Assembly: GCA_964016885.1 (NCBI GenBank)
Contig: OZ024755.1
Coordinates: 16,802,001 to 16,866,000 of the forward strand
From: Eledone cirrhosa
Lineage: Eukaryota
Direction of reading: 5' to 3'
DNA length: 64,000 nucleotides
In this document: in pieces, positions 1 through 12,484 of the stretch
Position numbering within the stretch: position 1 is the stretch's first letter
How the letters are laid out: each line of letters opens with the position of its first letter
Program-made: the position numbers and the translations under genes
Notes under the pieces: generated by a model
Database searches by the model: none
The model's input: only the letters and a program-made list of their open reading frames with translations
What the model was told of the DNA's origin: nothing

Positions 1-431
1 ACACTCTCTCCACACACACACACAGAAAGAGAGGGAGAGAGAGAGAAAGAAAGTGAAAGAGATAGAGAGAGATAGAGGGGGGGGGGGTTAATTCTTATAA
101 GAAGTGTATCTTGCCATAAAACACTTTGCTGTCACATAGTTCATGTGAATAAATTTGTAGGACTATTTGCTCTCTACTAGAATGGACAAAGAAAACTAAT
201 ATTAAATGTGCTGGGAACTTCTTTCTTGTTTTGCCATTTCTGATGACCCACACTCCAGCCTTGATTCTGCTTTCCATTTCTTACAACTCTGTACAATTCT
301 TTGAATTAAATTTTCTTAGTTTCTATGACCAAAACCTCTCATATTTGTTTTCTCAGAATACACTTTCTGTTTTAACTACTTTTCCAAAATATAAAATTTA
401 CTCTCTTCTCACTGGAGAATTAATTAAGATT

Positions 432-668
432 CCAGACCTCACTCACTTACTGAGAGGGGCTGGAGCTCTTCAAATCAGACCAAGGAAACAATGTTTCCAT
501 TGGTCTTTCCATTGATGATACTATCTACCGATCGCAACTCCTGCCAGAAGGATCAACATGAAATAAAGTGTCTTGCTCAAGGACATAATGCATCACCTGG
601 TCCAGAAATCAAACTCACAACCTCACAATTGTAAATTCAATTCCCTAACCACTAAGCCATGCACCTTC
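432..668 (-). mobile_element. tRNA-headed SINE family A; similar copies at 14295-14411, 14770-14928, 15838-16076, 22255-22465 (all -)
   Basis: A-box TGGCTTAGTGG, B-box-like GAGTTTGATTTC, shared body TCCTTGAGCAAGACACTTTATTTC, dispersed copies. Confidence 0.8.
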
Positions 669-2314
669 TTAACTATATATTTTAATTGTATATAAACCAA
701 TTTGGTACTATATTCCCTAAGACTGTTTCTAGTTCTATGATATAAAACCTAAAGTTTTCATATTTAAATTAAAGCCTTCCATCATGGTTTTATATAGGAA
801 CCGTTTGTAAGTCTTATTCCAATTTTAGTATATGTACTGCCGAAGCAAGTACTTTTGTAAGTCTTATTCCAACAAATGCAAGCTTAATGATTATGAAAAG
901 TTAACTAATTTATTAAATCCTTCCAAATTTTGTTAGGTACTCAGAGTAATTACAGGAGACAATTTGAACTGTATACCTTCAGCCAGCATACAGATATTTC
1001 TAGCTTTTTACATTCTTGTAATTGAAAAATATGATGTGGTCTTGTTGGACTGATTAGTAATAGTTATAAATTGACAAAGACAAGTATAGACATGCTGTTA
1101 TGTTTTGAACTTAACAATTAATCTGTTCTTGGTTCATGTCAGTAAGAATTACTGTTGTAGATATTTTATTCCACCTTAAATATACTGGCTGAATGGTTTG
1201 GCATAGAATTACTAATCCCAAAAGACGTTGCATTGTGCCCTTAAGTAAGCTATATTATTCTGCTTGTTATTGTCGACCTACTAAAGATATTTACCACTCC
1301 CATTTCAAGAGTTGAATGATTACCAGGTAACAAGATAGTTTATTCCAACTATTTGTACAAAGGTTTAAGATGCTAAACTACCTGATATGATGAACGTTTT
1401 ATTTTACAAAGCTGTTTATACAAAAACAAAACACACTATTAAAGGAAACAAAAAAAAAAGGAAATGAAAAGAGAAAGAAAAAAGAATTATGCAAAGAAAG
1501 AAAGGGAGAGGGGGAGGGACAAAACACTATAGTCTGTGCAGTGCCTTAGCCATGTTTCAGGGACAATGTGGCAAAGGCATTACCATGGAGAATGGCCAGT
1601 GACACTTGCTGCAACAGCTTCCCCACATCACGGGGCTCCTTCCTCAAGCAGGCTGCTTCCCTCTTTCTTCAATACAATACTGTTTGTTTTAAGGTGTTTA
1701 TATTTGCCTAAAAACCTTCCATCATGATTTTATCTAAGAAACTTTATAGAACTAAGATCCAAACACCAGCTAAATAACAGCAAAGTTAGTTGTTATATTA
1801 CTAATTCCTTCCAAATTCTGGATTATTTTCAAAATAATTTGAAAATATTAACCAGCATCTTTCATTATAAATATGGTAATGAGAGGGTTAAATTTGTAGA
1901 ACTCTCTAATCTCTGCTAGAAACCTGAAATAATAGCTACATTACCTTTCCTATAAAACTCCACAAATTATACACACATGATGATGATGATGTTAATAATG
2001 GTGGTGGTGGTGCTGCTGATGTGCTGCATGCTCAGATAACTTCACATATACTTCCTTTAAATACCCCTCAGGGATAGTTACTCTACAGCTATCAACTCTT
2101 ACATCAAACAGAGAGAAACCTGGCTAGAAATAGATTGAAATTAGCATCTACTAAATTCACCATCTCTTATGTGGGAGCCACTGTGCACTTGCTTAACATG
2201 CTATAAATAGCAGCTAAATATTTCATCAATCACACTCTACCATGATGTTGAAATGTTACTTTGTGGCTTAAGAGCGACAAAAACATATAGCTCTGAACTA
2301 GTTTCTTCTATTAA

Positions 2315-2352
2315 TCTTTTGATGAAGGGATTTTATCCTGAAATATATATGG
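2315..2352 (+). ncRNA. Degenerate hammerhead motif (C3 to U)
   Basis: TTGATGA-A-GGGAT-ttt-ATCCT-GAAA-TATATAT. Confidence 0.4.
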
Positions 2353-2476
2353 ACCTATAAAAAACTGCAAGGTAGCACCTCCACATCATTGTTATCATAT
2401 TTTTAACATTTACTGTCCAATTCACATTGTGGTAGCTTTCAAAATAAAACACTATTTTCTGCACTTTACACACCCC

Positions 2477-2790
2477 ATCATGGCTTGACTTCGTGAATGA
2501 AGATTAAGAAGGGGTGGTCCACGTTAATTGCAGGTGCGCTTGTGACTGTTTAGTCACATGGCTGCAGCGGCTGAAGGTCTGGTCAGGGTTTGATGACTTG
2601 GTATTGTGGTTCTTCTTCATGTGCCATTTGTCCTCAAGGGTGGCCCTGTGGGTGTTTCGAAAGAGGAGACAGCATAGTTGATGGTGAGATGGTTCTCAGC
2701 TAGGGTGAACCACCGGCGATGGCCAATGTGACAAGTACCAAGGGAATTTTTCAAACAGTGCTTATATTACTTTGTTGGTGTCTCTGTTGC
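2477..2790 (-). mobile_element. RTE-clade LINE 3' end, degenerate
   Basis: Minus-strand pieces translate as CLKNSLGTCHIGHRRWFTLAEN..AVSSFE..ATLEDK..SNPDQTFSRC, resembling an RTE ORF C-terminus. Confidence 0.65.
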
Positions 2791-2819
2791 GATGACCACT
2801 TTACACAACACCTTCTTAA

Positions 2820-3037
2820 CCCTTTAGCATTCACATTACTCTATATTTACTATTGTATTTTCACAGCAAAGGCTTTATCTCACATAATTATCTCACATAA
2901 TATCGAATCTACAAGATTTAGATATTTATTTTGAGAACAATACGTTAACATCTGTATGAGTGGCCAGTTACAGCCGGTTTGAACAGAAAGAGATGAGATA
3001 ATTCTGGCTGGATATGGCCAGTTTAAATGCTAAAGGG
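2820..3037. mobile_element. piggyBac-type MITE; inverted relative at ~19462-19675
   Basis: TTAA|CCCTTTAGCATT...AATGCTAAAGGG|TTAA. Confidence 0.75.
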
Positions 3038-3538
3038 TTAAAATGACTGAAATTATAAAAACTAAAAGAAACAAGCTACATAATTTCAAGCACAATTTTA
3101 ACAATTAAATTAAATTAAATTTAATTAGTTAACTTAAGATTGAATGGCAAATACATGTTTATATTTAAAACAAAATGAATAGAAAATATATTCACATGAG
3201 AGAGAATGAATATTGCTTTATTAAAAGTAATTCTTTTAATTATGTTTCCTCAATAATTTAAGAATTTAATTTTAGTAATTGTTATTATAGTAACACATGT
3301 CAGGCTAAACCCTGTTTTAGCAGGGAAAATGGGTATAAAGTGATTGTTGTATGTTGTACTCACTCTCTCATTCATTCCATCTCTCTCACACCATCTCTCA
3401 CATTCACTCACACCATCTCTCTCTCTCTCCCACACCATCTCTCTCTCTCTCCCACACTATCTCCCTCATTCACTCACACCATCTCTATCTTTCTCTTTAT
3501 CTATTAATTAATAAACAATAGTGCAATTTTTCAAAGGG

Positions 3539-3589
<51 letters not shown>

Positions 3590-4410
3590 CATCATCATCG
3601 TTTAACGTCCATCTTCCACGCTTGCATGGGTTTGGACGGGAATTTTCCCACTTGAGGCAAGATTGGTTGACTTGCTCGTATAGGACTGTCTGGCGGGTTT
3701 TCTACGGCTGGATACCCTTCCTAACACCAACCACGTTTACAGTGTGGACTGGGAGGTTTTTTATCGTGTTACCTACATTACAGCGTGGACTGTGTGTTTT
3801 TTTGTCGTGACACCTACACGACCTAATTTATTTCGGACTGGATGTTGTGGTACCAACATAACTTTACATCGAAAGGGGTGGTGGGGATGGGGTGGGGGTA
3901 GTTAGACGGGGGTGTATTTTTGTTAGAGGTGCCTACTGACTGTAGGTTTCGCTTTGTACTTAGGCAAGGCGGGTCTTCTGTATTACTGTGTAGCGCCAAA
4001 GATCTCGGTCCAGTGACATTGTCTTGGAGAGGTGTGTGTGAGGTCGGAATTTATCAAGTCGTCCGTATATGTGTATATATATGTATTTATATATGTTTAT
4101 ATACATGTATATATATATGTATCTATATATGTATATATATATGTATATATGTATATATATATGTATATGTATATATATATGTATATATGTATATGTATAT
4201 ATATATGTATATGTATATATGTATATATATGTATATATATATATATTATATATGTATATATATATATGTATATATATATGTATATAAGGTGAAACAATTG
4301 CTAAGGTGAAACAATTGTTCTCGGTATGGTGAACTAACTGTTGTGTAACCACTTCTACCTAACTCGTCCCTTGGACTGAGTGCTCTACCACTACGGATAT
4401 TACGTTCCAC

Positions 4411-4473
<63 letters not shown>

Positions 4474-4558
4474 GAAAAATTGAACAGGGACAGAACAGAG
4501 AGGCAGTACGATAAATGTTTATTAAATTCACGCTCAGGAGAGTGGGGGGTAGGTGGGG

Positions 4559-4592
4559 GACGACGTTTCGGGCATAAGCCCTTCTTCAGGTG
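4559..4592 (-). ncRNA. Minimal type-I hammerhead ribozyme motif in a Penelope-like 3' end
   Basis: Minus strand reads cac-CTGAAGA-A-GGGC-ttat-GCCC-GAAAC-GTC-gtc, then AATAAA and (TA)n. Confidence 0.7.
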
Positions 4593-7500
4593 AGAAGTGT
4601 GTGGGAACAGAGTTCAAAAGGTGTGTAGGGGAGTGGTGGAGAGACATATAGCGAAAGGAAACGGTGCGAATGAAAAATTAACAAATAAAGACAAAAAATA
4701 TAATAAATAATACAATAAATAATAATAATAATAAATAATTCCATACTTACACACACATATATATATATATATATGTAAGTATATATATATATATACTTAC
4801 ATATGTATATATATCTCAATCAATCAACAGTTCAAAGGAGATATTAACTTTGCCATAATTTAATAAATCTCTTAATCCATAACCATTGTAGATTTATTAT
4901 TTCTTTTGCAATACTCTCAAACAAAATATGTAATTCATTAATGAGAGTTTGGAATGTAATTGTTCTTTCATCTGCTCCCTGGATGCCTGTTAAAGTAATT
5001 TGGTAATTCTGCACAACAGATAATTATTCCTTTAAAAGTAGACATGTCAAATATGATGATCAATAATGAGAGATTCTTTATAAAATCAATCAGAATCTGT
5101 GGACGTATCAATTCTTAAATTTGATTTCTGAGAAAAGGTATGCATGCATGGTCCTGTAACTCCTGGTGGAGTTGTAGGGATACCGTAGTGACGTTTCTAG
5201 GGCAATTTAAGCCTGGCAGAGCCCATTACCTCTCCAGGTCTGAGTACAGCAGATTTCTTCCAGAGAAAGATAGAAATTGAGAAAGAGGAAGTAAGAGAAA
5301 TATAGAGAAATACAGAGGAAGAATTGACCACAGTACTAGACTGGTACTTTTTATTGACCTCAAATGGATGAAGGGCAAATTTGACCTTAGCGGGATTTGC
5401 ACTCAGGGAGCAGAGAGCCAGAATGAATACTGCAAAGCACTCTCTACAACGTTCTAATGACTCTGCCAATTTGTCACTCTTCTGAGAAAACATGAGACAA
5501 AATCAATCAGAACCAGTGGACATATCAAATCTTAAAATTGATTTCTGAGAAAGTATGACAGAGAATGACAAGAAGATTCTTTATAAAATCAATCGCAACC
5601 ACACAAATTTGTAACAGCTATGTGTCATTATGACAATCACGATGATCATTTTACATCTGTATTTCCATATTGGAATAGGTTGAATGGATTGTTACAGACC
5701 AAATCAGTACTTAATTGGGGGTACTGACCTCCTTGGTAGACTGGGGGTAGAAGTGGGGACACATCTTGCTTACATACATTCCAATTTTGGCATGATTCCT
5801 ACAGCTGGATGCCCTTGTTAATGCGAAACACTTTGCAGCATGTACTGGGTGCATTTTATGTAAGTTTATGTCTGTAACCTTTGAATCTTTTGAATATAAA
5901 ATGCTAGAAGCCGAGATTGAAAAGAATGATATTGAATGGGAAAGGAGGAGAAATGTGAAAAAGAGAGAGAGAGAGAGAGAAACATGACACATTATAAGTG
6001 AATGCTTGTTTGTTCATTTCTTGGAATTTGAAGTAAAACAATATTTCAGAGGCGGTAACAGTATTTGTGTGTGTGTTTGTGTGTATAAGTATGTGTCTGT
6101 GTGTTTGCATGTGAGTGTGTGTGTGTGTATGTGTGTATTTCTTTGAAATTGACAGAAATAACTGGTAATAAATAAAAGGAAAGTAAAATTGTACCAGTCA
6201 TGGGGTAGGGGATGAGCAGAATTATTAAAGAGGCAGTTGGGATGCTTTGCAGTATTGGATTAGTTGTAATTGTTCTGAGTTTAAATCTTGCCTCCTTCTA
6301 GAGGTTCTGAACGGCTGATAGTATCAAATGCAGGAAAAACCTGGGGAGAAATAGTTTCTTTGGTTTAATATGACAAATGGCTCTTTTCCTTAATGTTTAG
6401 GGAAAAATGATAAATAAATGATGATGATGATGATGGTGGTGGTTTCTGATTTAGGCACAAGGCCAATAATATTTTGAGGAAAGGGGAAAGTCGATTTAAT
6501 CGACTCCCAGTGCATTACTGGTACTTTATTTTATTGACTCTGTAAGGATGAAAGGCAAAGCTCACCTCAGTGGGATTTGAACTCAGAATGTAGAAAGTTG
6601 TAACTAAATACTGCATCTAAATCATGATGATGATGATAATGGTGATTTGGGCTTTTAGGGAGATTCTGTGAGATACTTGAAGATAGAATGAAATCGACAA
6701 CTTATCAATTTCAAATGTTGATTATTAAATTGAATATATTTTCAAACAATTTACTGATGGTTGTCATTCCATTTGATGAAAACTGTCAGTAATTAATTTA
6801 CACATTTTTCTTCCTAGCTCTTCAGTCAGCATTGGTCTTGTTGGTCTTAGTTTTAAATTGATAAATGCATATGGTACATTTAATGGGATTCGTTCCAACA
6901 CTCATCTTACACCTGCACACAGCTACCTGTTCTTTCCACCTCACCACACATGTTTTACCATTTGCTATTACTTTCCTAAAAAAGCAGCAGTAGTAGTAGT
7001 AGTAATAGTAGCAGTAATAATCTTACAACAAAATCTACAATCCAATTTATAACCTGAAGTACTCCTACCACAGTGGTTAGTCTGTTGTTTATTATAACCA
7101 ACAACTTGTATGGGCAGCCAAGTGGTCATTCCAGTTCAGGCTTCGGTGATCACTGTCGACATAATCATTCAAAAGGAAAGCTATTCAACAAAGATTTAGC
7201 AGCACATGGTCGTCAGTGTTTCAACACTGACACAGGACAATGCCTTGCACCAATCTAACAACATGAATTATTAAATGCAACTCCCACATAGACAATGTTG
7301 AAAATCAATATTGGTTAATTGTGAAACAATGATATCGTCTGGCAGGTGTTTTAGAACAGATTGTGTTCAACCAGGTGAAAATTTACAAAATTTCTGTTTA
7401 TTCTCAAAACACTACTTCTGCCTTGTTTTTTGGGGGGGTTTTTCTTTTTTCTCACACTTCAACAATAAATACCTGTTCAACAGGTTTACATGAAAGATTC

Positions 7501-7756
7501 TCTCCACATTACATTCCTATTTATTTGGTCATTATCCCATTAACCTTCACCCATTCCTTTTCCCATATTATTGAACTTCACTCTTGCCTACATGAGACTA
7601 TCATCATCATCATCATTATCATTTAACGTCCATTTTCTCCGCACTAGCAAGGTGTTATATTACATAAACACGAAACTAATATATATCTACAATGTACTTC
7701 ATCGGCTGTTGTGTTTTTTTCGTTTACTTTTTACACACACATATATATATATATGC

Positions 7757-7813
<57 letters not shown>

Positions 7814-8072
7814 CATCATCGTTTTTATGTCTGCTTTTCCATGCTTGCATGGGTTGGATGGGTACTTCTCAGCATGACATCTCTCCACACGTCACAATCC
7901 TTTGTCATAATCTGAGTTTCAGTCATATGAGGTCAGCTCTTACAACTTCTGTCTTCAACTTCTAGTATCTTAGCTCTTTAGAGAGCACCTTTGACTTAGA
8001 TTCCTGCATGCTGTCAACTTTAATAATGCATTGAGCTTGATGCACCTTACCAAAAATAGTAGTGGATTATTC

Positions 8073-8116
<44 letters not shown>

Positions 8117-8568
8117 CTTAGTATTGTAACTGAATAATGCTCTGCAAAATACAAATTTTAGCCTGTATATATATATATACACACACACAAGGTAAAAAGC
8201 AAGTAAGCTAATCAGGAGGAGAGAAAGGTGATTAGTTATGCAGATTACTTGCCAGTATAGAGAAGGTTAGTATGATCAATGCATATAGGTTGTTAGACTA
8301 GTGAGCCATGTGATTAGATGGAAAGAGAGATAGTTTAACAACCATATAATAAGCAGAGCAAAAAAATCATATTTAATGATTTAATTTATGTATTAATGTT
8401 ATATGAAATTTTTTTTAGGCTCTGAAGATAATATTGACACACTTATTTATTTATTTTTAATAGACTAATATCAATTGATATTTGATATCATAACATCAGT
8501 GTCCACTCTTACTGTGTAATATTTGAAACAACTTGTTAGCCATTAACTATATACATGTATTTAAATAT

Positions 8569-8905
8569 GGAGGCACATGACTTAGTGGTTAGAGCATTGG
8601 CCTTGCAATTGAAAGGTTGTGAGTTCAATTCTCAGACCAGGTGATGTGTTGTTTCCTTGAGCAAGACACTTTATTTCACATTGTTCCAGTTTACTCAGCT
8701 GTAGAAATGAGATGATAGGGACCGGGGTCCATATTCCACTGCAAAGTGGTCATGGAGGTGCCATGGCAAAAAGCACCCAGCACTCACTGTAAATGAGGTT
8801 GGTGTTAGGAAGGGCATCCAGCTGTAGAAATCAAGCCAGAATCAGTTCCCGTCCCACCCTTGCAAGCAGGGAAAAGCGGACGTAAAATGAAATGATGATG
8901 ATGAT
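8569..8905 (+). mobile_element. SINE with family-A head and (TGA)n-ended tail; near-identical copy at 20559-20892
   Basis: Head GGAGGCACATG.CTTAGTGGTTAGAGC; tail GGTTGGTGTTAGGAAGGGCATCCAGC...ATGATGATG. Confidence 0.8.
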
Positions 8906-9618
8906 TCATAAATCTTTGTTGTTCTCTCCAGCATTTTAAATATGATATATATATATAGATATACATACACATATATGTGTGTGTATATATCATTGTTTTA
9001 ATGTCTGCTTCCTCTACTACTACTGCTTCTTTTTTAACCTGTGTATGGTAAAGTAGAATCCTTTCCTTTCTATTTTCACTACTGTTAAATATCTCCTCCT
9101 CTTCCTCCACTTCATTCTCCTCATTCTCTTCCTCTTCATTCTATCATACTCTTCCTCCTCCTTTTTGTCCTCATCTCCTGTACCCCCCCCCCCCTCGTTC
9201 TCCTCTTCTTCTTCATCCCCCTCCTCGCCCTTGCCCCCCCCTCCACCTCATCCTCATCACCCCTTCCTGTCATTATCATTATTATTTTAGACACTTAATT
9301 TCTAATTGTTTGTTTAACTATCCTTTGTTTATTATTTATTTCTCTCTTTATGGTTAATATAAAAAAAAACCTTTTATTCTTTGGTCTACCATTGTCATCA
9401 ACATATCATCACCATCATCATCTTCACTAAACATATCATCACCATCATCATCTTCACTAGAAACAGCTATTGTTATTTCAAAATGGTGACAAATTTGCAG
9501 AATAGTCAGAAAGTTGGAGAAAATGCTTTGTGACATCTCCTTTGGCTCTCTTTACATTTAGAGCCCATTGTCAATCTTGGGCAACTTTACCTTTCATCCT
9601 TCCAGGACTGATAAAATA

Positions 9619-9816
9619 TGAGGATCGGCTGAAAAGTTCATAGGCTGACCAAGATACTCTCATCGAATGACCAAATGAGATCTATTTTTTAAAGTAGTCC
9701 CTGGAAAGAAACAATGCAGTTATTAATAAGAAGAGTTGAAATTAATGCATGTAAGATTTTACAGCTTGATCATCACTCCTTCATAGCCAGCCTATGAACT
9801 TTTCAGCCGACCCTAG
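9619..9816. mobile_element. ~200-bp mariner-type MITE; copies at 50530-50730, 51799-51991, 60906-61103, partial 61165-61260 and 23681-23708
   Basis: TA TSD and TIR consensus CGAGGGTCGGCTGAAAAGTTCATAGGCT. Confidence 0.82.
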
Positions 9817-11251
9817 TATAGTATCTGACCAGAGCTGGGGTTGATTTGATAAATGTATAGAAGAATATGTATACCGCTATAGTCTATTTATAGGCGGCAA
9901 ATTGGCAGAGTCGTTAGATCATTGGATAGAGTGCTTTGCCATATTCATTTTGGCTCTCTACTCTCTGAGGTCAACTTTGCCTTTCATCCATTCAAGGTCG
10001 ATAAAAAAATGTACCAGTTAAATATTGAGGCCGATTCTTCCCCTAAGTTTCTTTCTCGCTTCCATTTTCTCACTCTCTGGAAGAAATTTGCTGTATTTAA
10101 ACCTGGAGTGAAATGGGTTCTGCCAGGTTTAAAAAATGCCTTTAAAATGCCATATGTCAATAGGGCACCTCTACAACCCCCTTAGGAATTCTGGTACCAT
10201 CTATAGACTGCTAGAGACTACTTCAAACTAAGAGTATTGACATCACAAATTTTACAAAGAGTTAACTCATTCCAAGTTTACTTTGTGAATAAACTGCTGA
10301 TTTTTGCATTTCCCTTTACTCTGCTTATATTACATATAAATAAACATTACCCTCACAATCTGGTGTGGATCAGTTATACTATATAAGTTGAAAAAAGAAA
10401 GAAGAAAAAAAAGAAACATATATTCATATGATAATGCCTTCAGTTAGGAAAATTGAAACTTTTCTCCACAAAATCCCACTGATTCTTATAAAAAGTCTTT
10501 TAGAAAGAAATTATATTTAGAACAAAATGTTGTTTATCTTTTCTATGATATACACAAGACTGATAGAGAGATGTATAAAATGTATACTCATCTAAATTAC
10601 ATTGTTGAAAATAATAATAAAAATAATGAAAACTACACAATATTGTGTCAAATAGTCTGAGTATATTTACATTAAGAAAATAATTGAAGTCTGCTTCTAA
10701 CTAGCAATATGTCACACTACTGCACAGGTTAATAGACTTTACATATTTTTTCTTTTACTGCAGACCTATTTCCAAAATACGCAGACATGCCTAAAGTAGA
10801 AGCAATTATTATTACCATTATCATTGTTGTTGTTGCTGTTAGGAATGTAAGGAGTGGTAGAAATAGTAAACTGAATGCTTTAGGCAGCCAGTGCTGGACT
10901 TACCTATAAGCTAAATCATCTATAGCTTAGGGCCTCACACCCTCAGGGGGTAAACCTTATTTTTTACGACATATTTTTCATGTTATCATTAGTTTTTATT
11001 CTTTAACACTAAATCATCTATATCATCTGTAAAGGTGGTTGGTGTTAGGAAGGGCATCCAGCCATAGAAAACCTGCCAGAGACACTTCCGTACGAGCGAG
11101 ACACGGTCGCCTGACCATTCACATCAAATGGAACAAAACCGTCTAACCCATGCTAGCATGGAAGATGGACATTAAACAATGATGATATATATATATTAAA
11201 AACAAAGCGTGAGGTTTCATATTAAGGTCTTTATTGAGTATACATGGTTAG

Positions 11252-11326
11252 GACTGTTTCACAGGTGGGTAGCTCAGGATCCATGTAAATGCTATAGACC
11301 TGACTCCAGCCCAATCTGCTCATCAG
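11252..11326 (-). ncRNA. Hammerhead motif with long stem II
   Basis: Minus strand reads CTGATGA-GCAG..TGGG..TCAGG../..CCTGA..CCCA-CCTGT-GAAAC-A-GTC, then AATAAA and a short (TA)n. Stem I is weak. Confidence 0.55.
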
Positions 11327-11973
11327 ACAGACTTGTTAATCAAGCAAAACCAAATATATAATATTTATTCTTTGTTCATTAACATTAATATAAATAATAA
11401 TGATAATAATGGTTTCTGATTTAGGCACAGTCAGTAATTTTGGGGGAGGGGAAAGCCGATTAAATCAATCCCTGCACTTTATTTTATCAACCCCGAAGGC
11501 AAAGCTAATTTAGGCGGGATAATAATAATAATTGTTTCTACTTTTGGCACAAGGCCAGAAATTATCCCAGTATATTACTGGTACTCTATTTTATCGACCC
11601 CGTAAGGATGAAAGGCAAAGTTAACCTCAGCGGGACTTGAACTCAGAGCATGAGATAATAATAATAATGGCATTCAAAATATTTGTGGTATTTAATTATA
11701 TTTCTTTATGTTTTGAGTTTAGCTTCCATTGGGGTCAACTTTGCTTTTCATCCTTGTATTTGTGTGTGTGTTGGGTCAATGAAATATGTACCAGTCATGT
11801 GCTGGGTTAGTACAATTGATTTTATTGTATCCCTCCAAAATGTGTTGTTGCCTTGTGCTTATGTTTATGTTAGAAATAATTATTTCTGTGTATCTTTTCT
11901 TTCCCCAAAAGTATCATATATCATGCTTTTGTTTTCTCTCACCAAACATATATATCATGGTTTTGTTTTCCAG

Positions 11974-12049
11974 TATGTTCTCCAAACTAATGAACCAAGG
12001 TTCCCAATTTGTCATGGAAGGTGTGAAGAATCTTGTTGTCAAAAAACAT
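11974..12049 (+). CDS. SCFD1: SCFD1/Sly1 (Sec1-family SM protein) internal exon
   Basis: ttttccag| ... |gtaag. Encodes MFSKLMNQGSQFVMEGVKNLVVKKH, matching the SCFD1 motif MNTGSQFVMEGVKNLV. Confidence 0.93.
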
Positions 12050-12104
12050 GTAAGAACATTTCAACTTCTATTTTATAAACGTTAATTATAATGTCATGTG
12101 TAAA

Positions 12105-12484
12105 GGTTTTTACCATGGTACCAGCTCTATCGCTTTACACTGTAGGCTGGGTGTATTTTACCATGGTACCAGTACCACCACTTTACATTGTGGGCTAGGA
12201 GTATTTTATCATGGTACCAGCACTACCACCTTACACTGTGGGCTGGGTGTATTTTATCATGGTACCAGCACTACCACCTTACACTGTGGGCTGGGTGTAT
12301 TTTATCATGGTACCAGCACTACCACCTTACACTGTGGGCTGGGTGTATTTTATCATGGTACCAGCACTACCACCTTACACTGTGGGCTGGGTGTATTTTA
12401 TCATGGTACCAGCACTACCACCTTACACTGTGGGCTGGGTGTATTTTATCATGACATCACACTTACACTTTCCAGTGTGGGCTG
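12105..12484. repeat. 48-bp minisatellite, ~7.5 copies
   Basis: Unit GGTGTATTTTATCATGGTACCAGCACTACCACCTTACACTGTGGGCTG; central copies identical. Confidence 0.95.

Noticed and set aside
1-11973. Upstream SCFD1 exons (candidates after AG at ~6818, 8418, 10763)
   Set aside because: None translates to the expected Sly1 sequence; the exon is probably outside the window or was missed.
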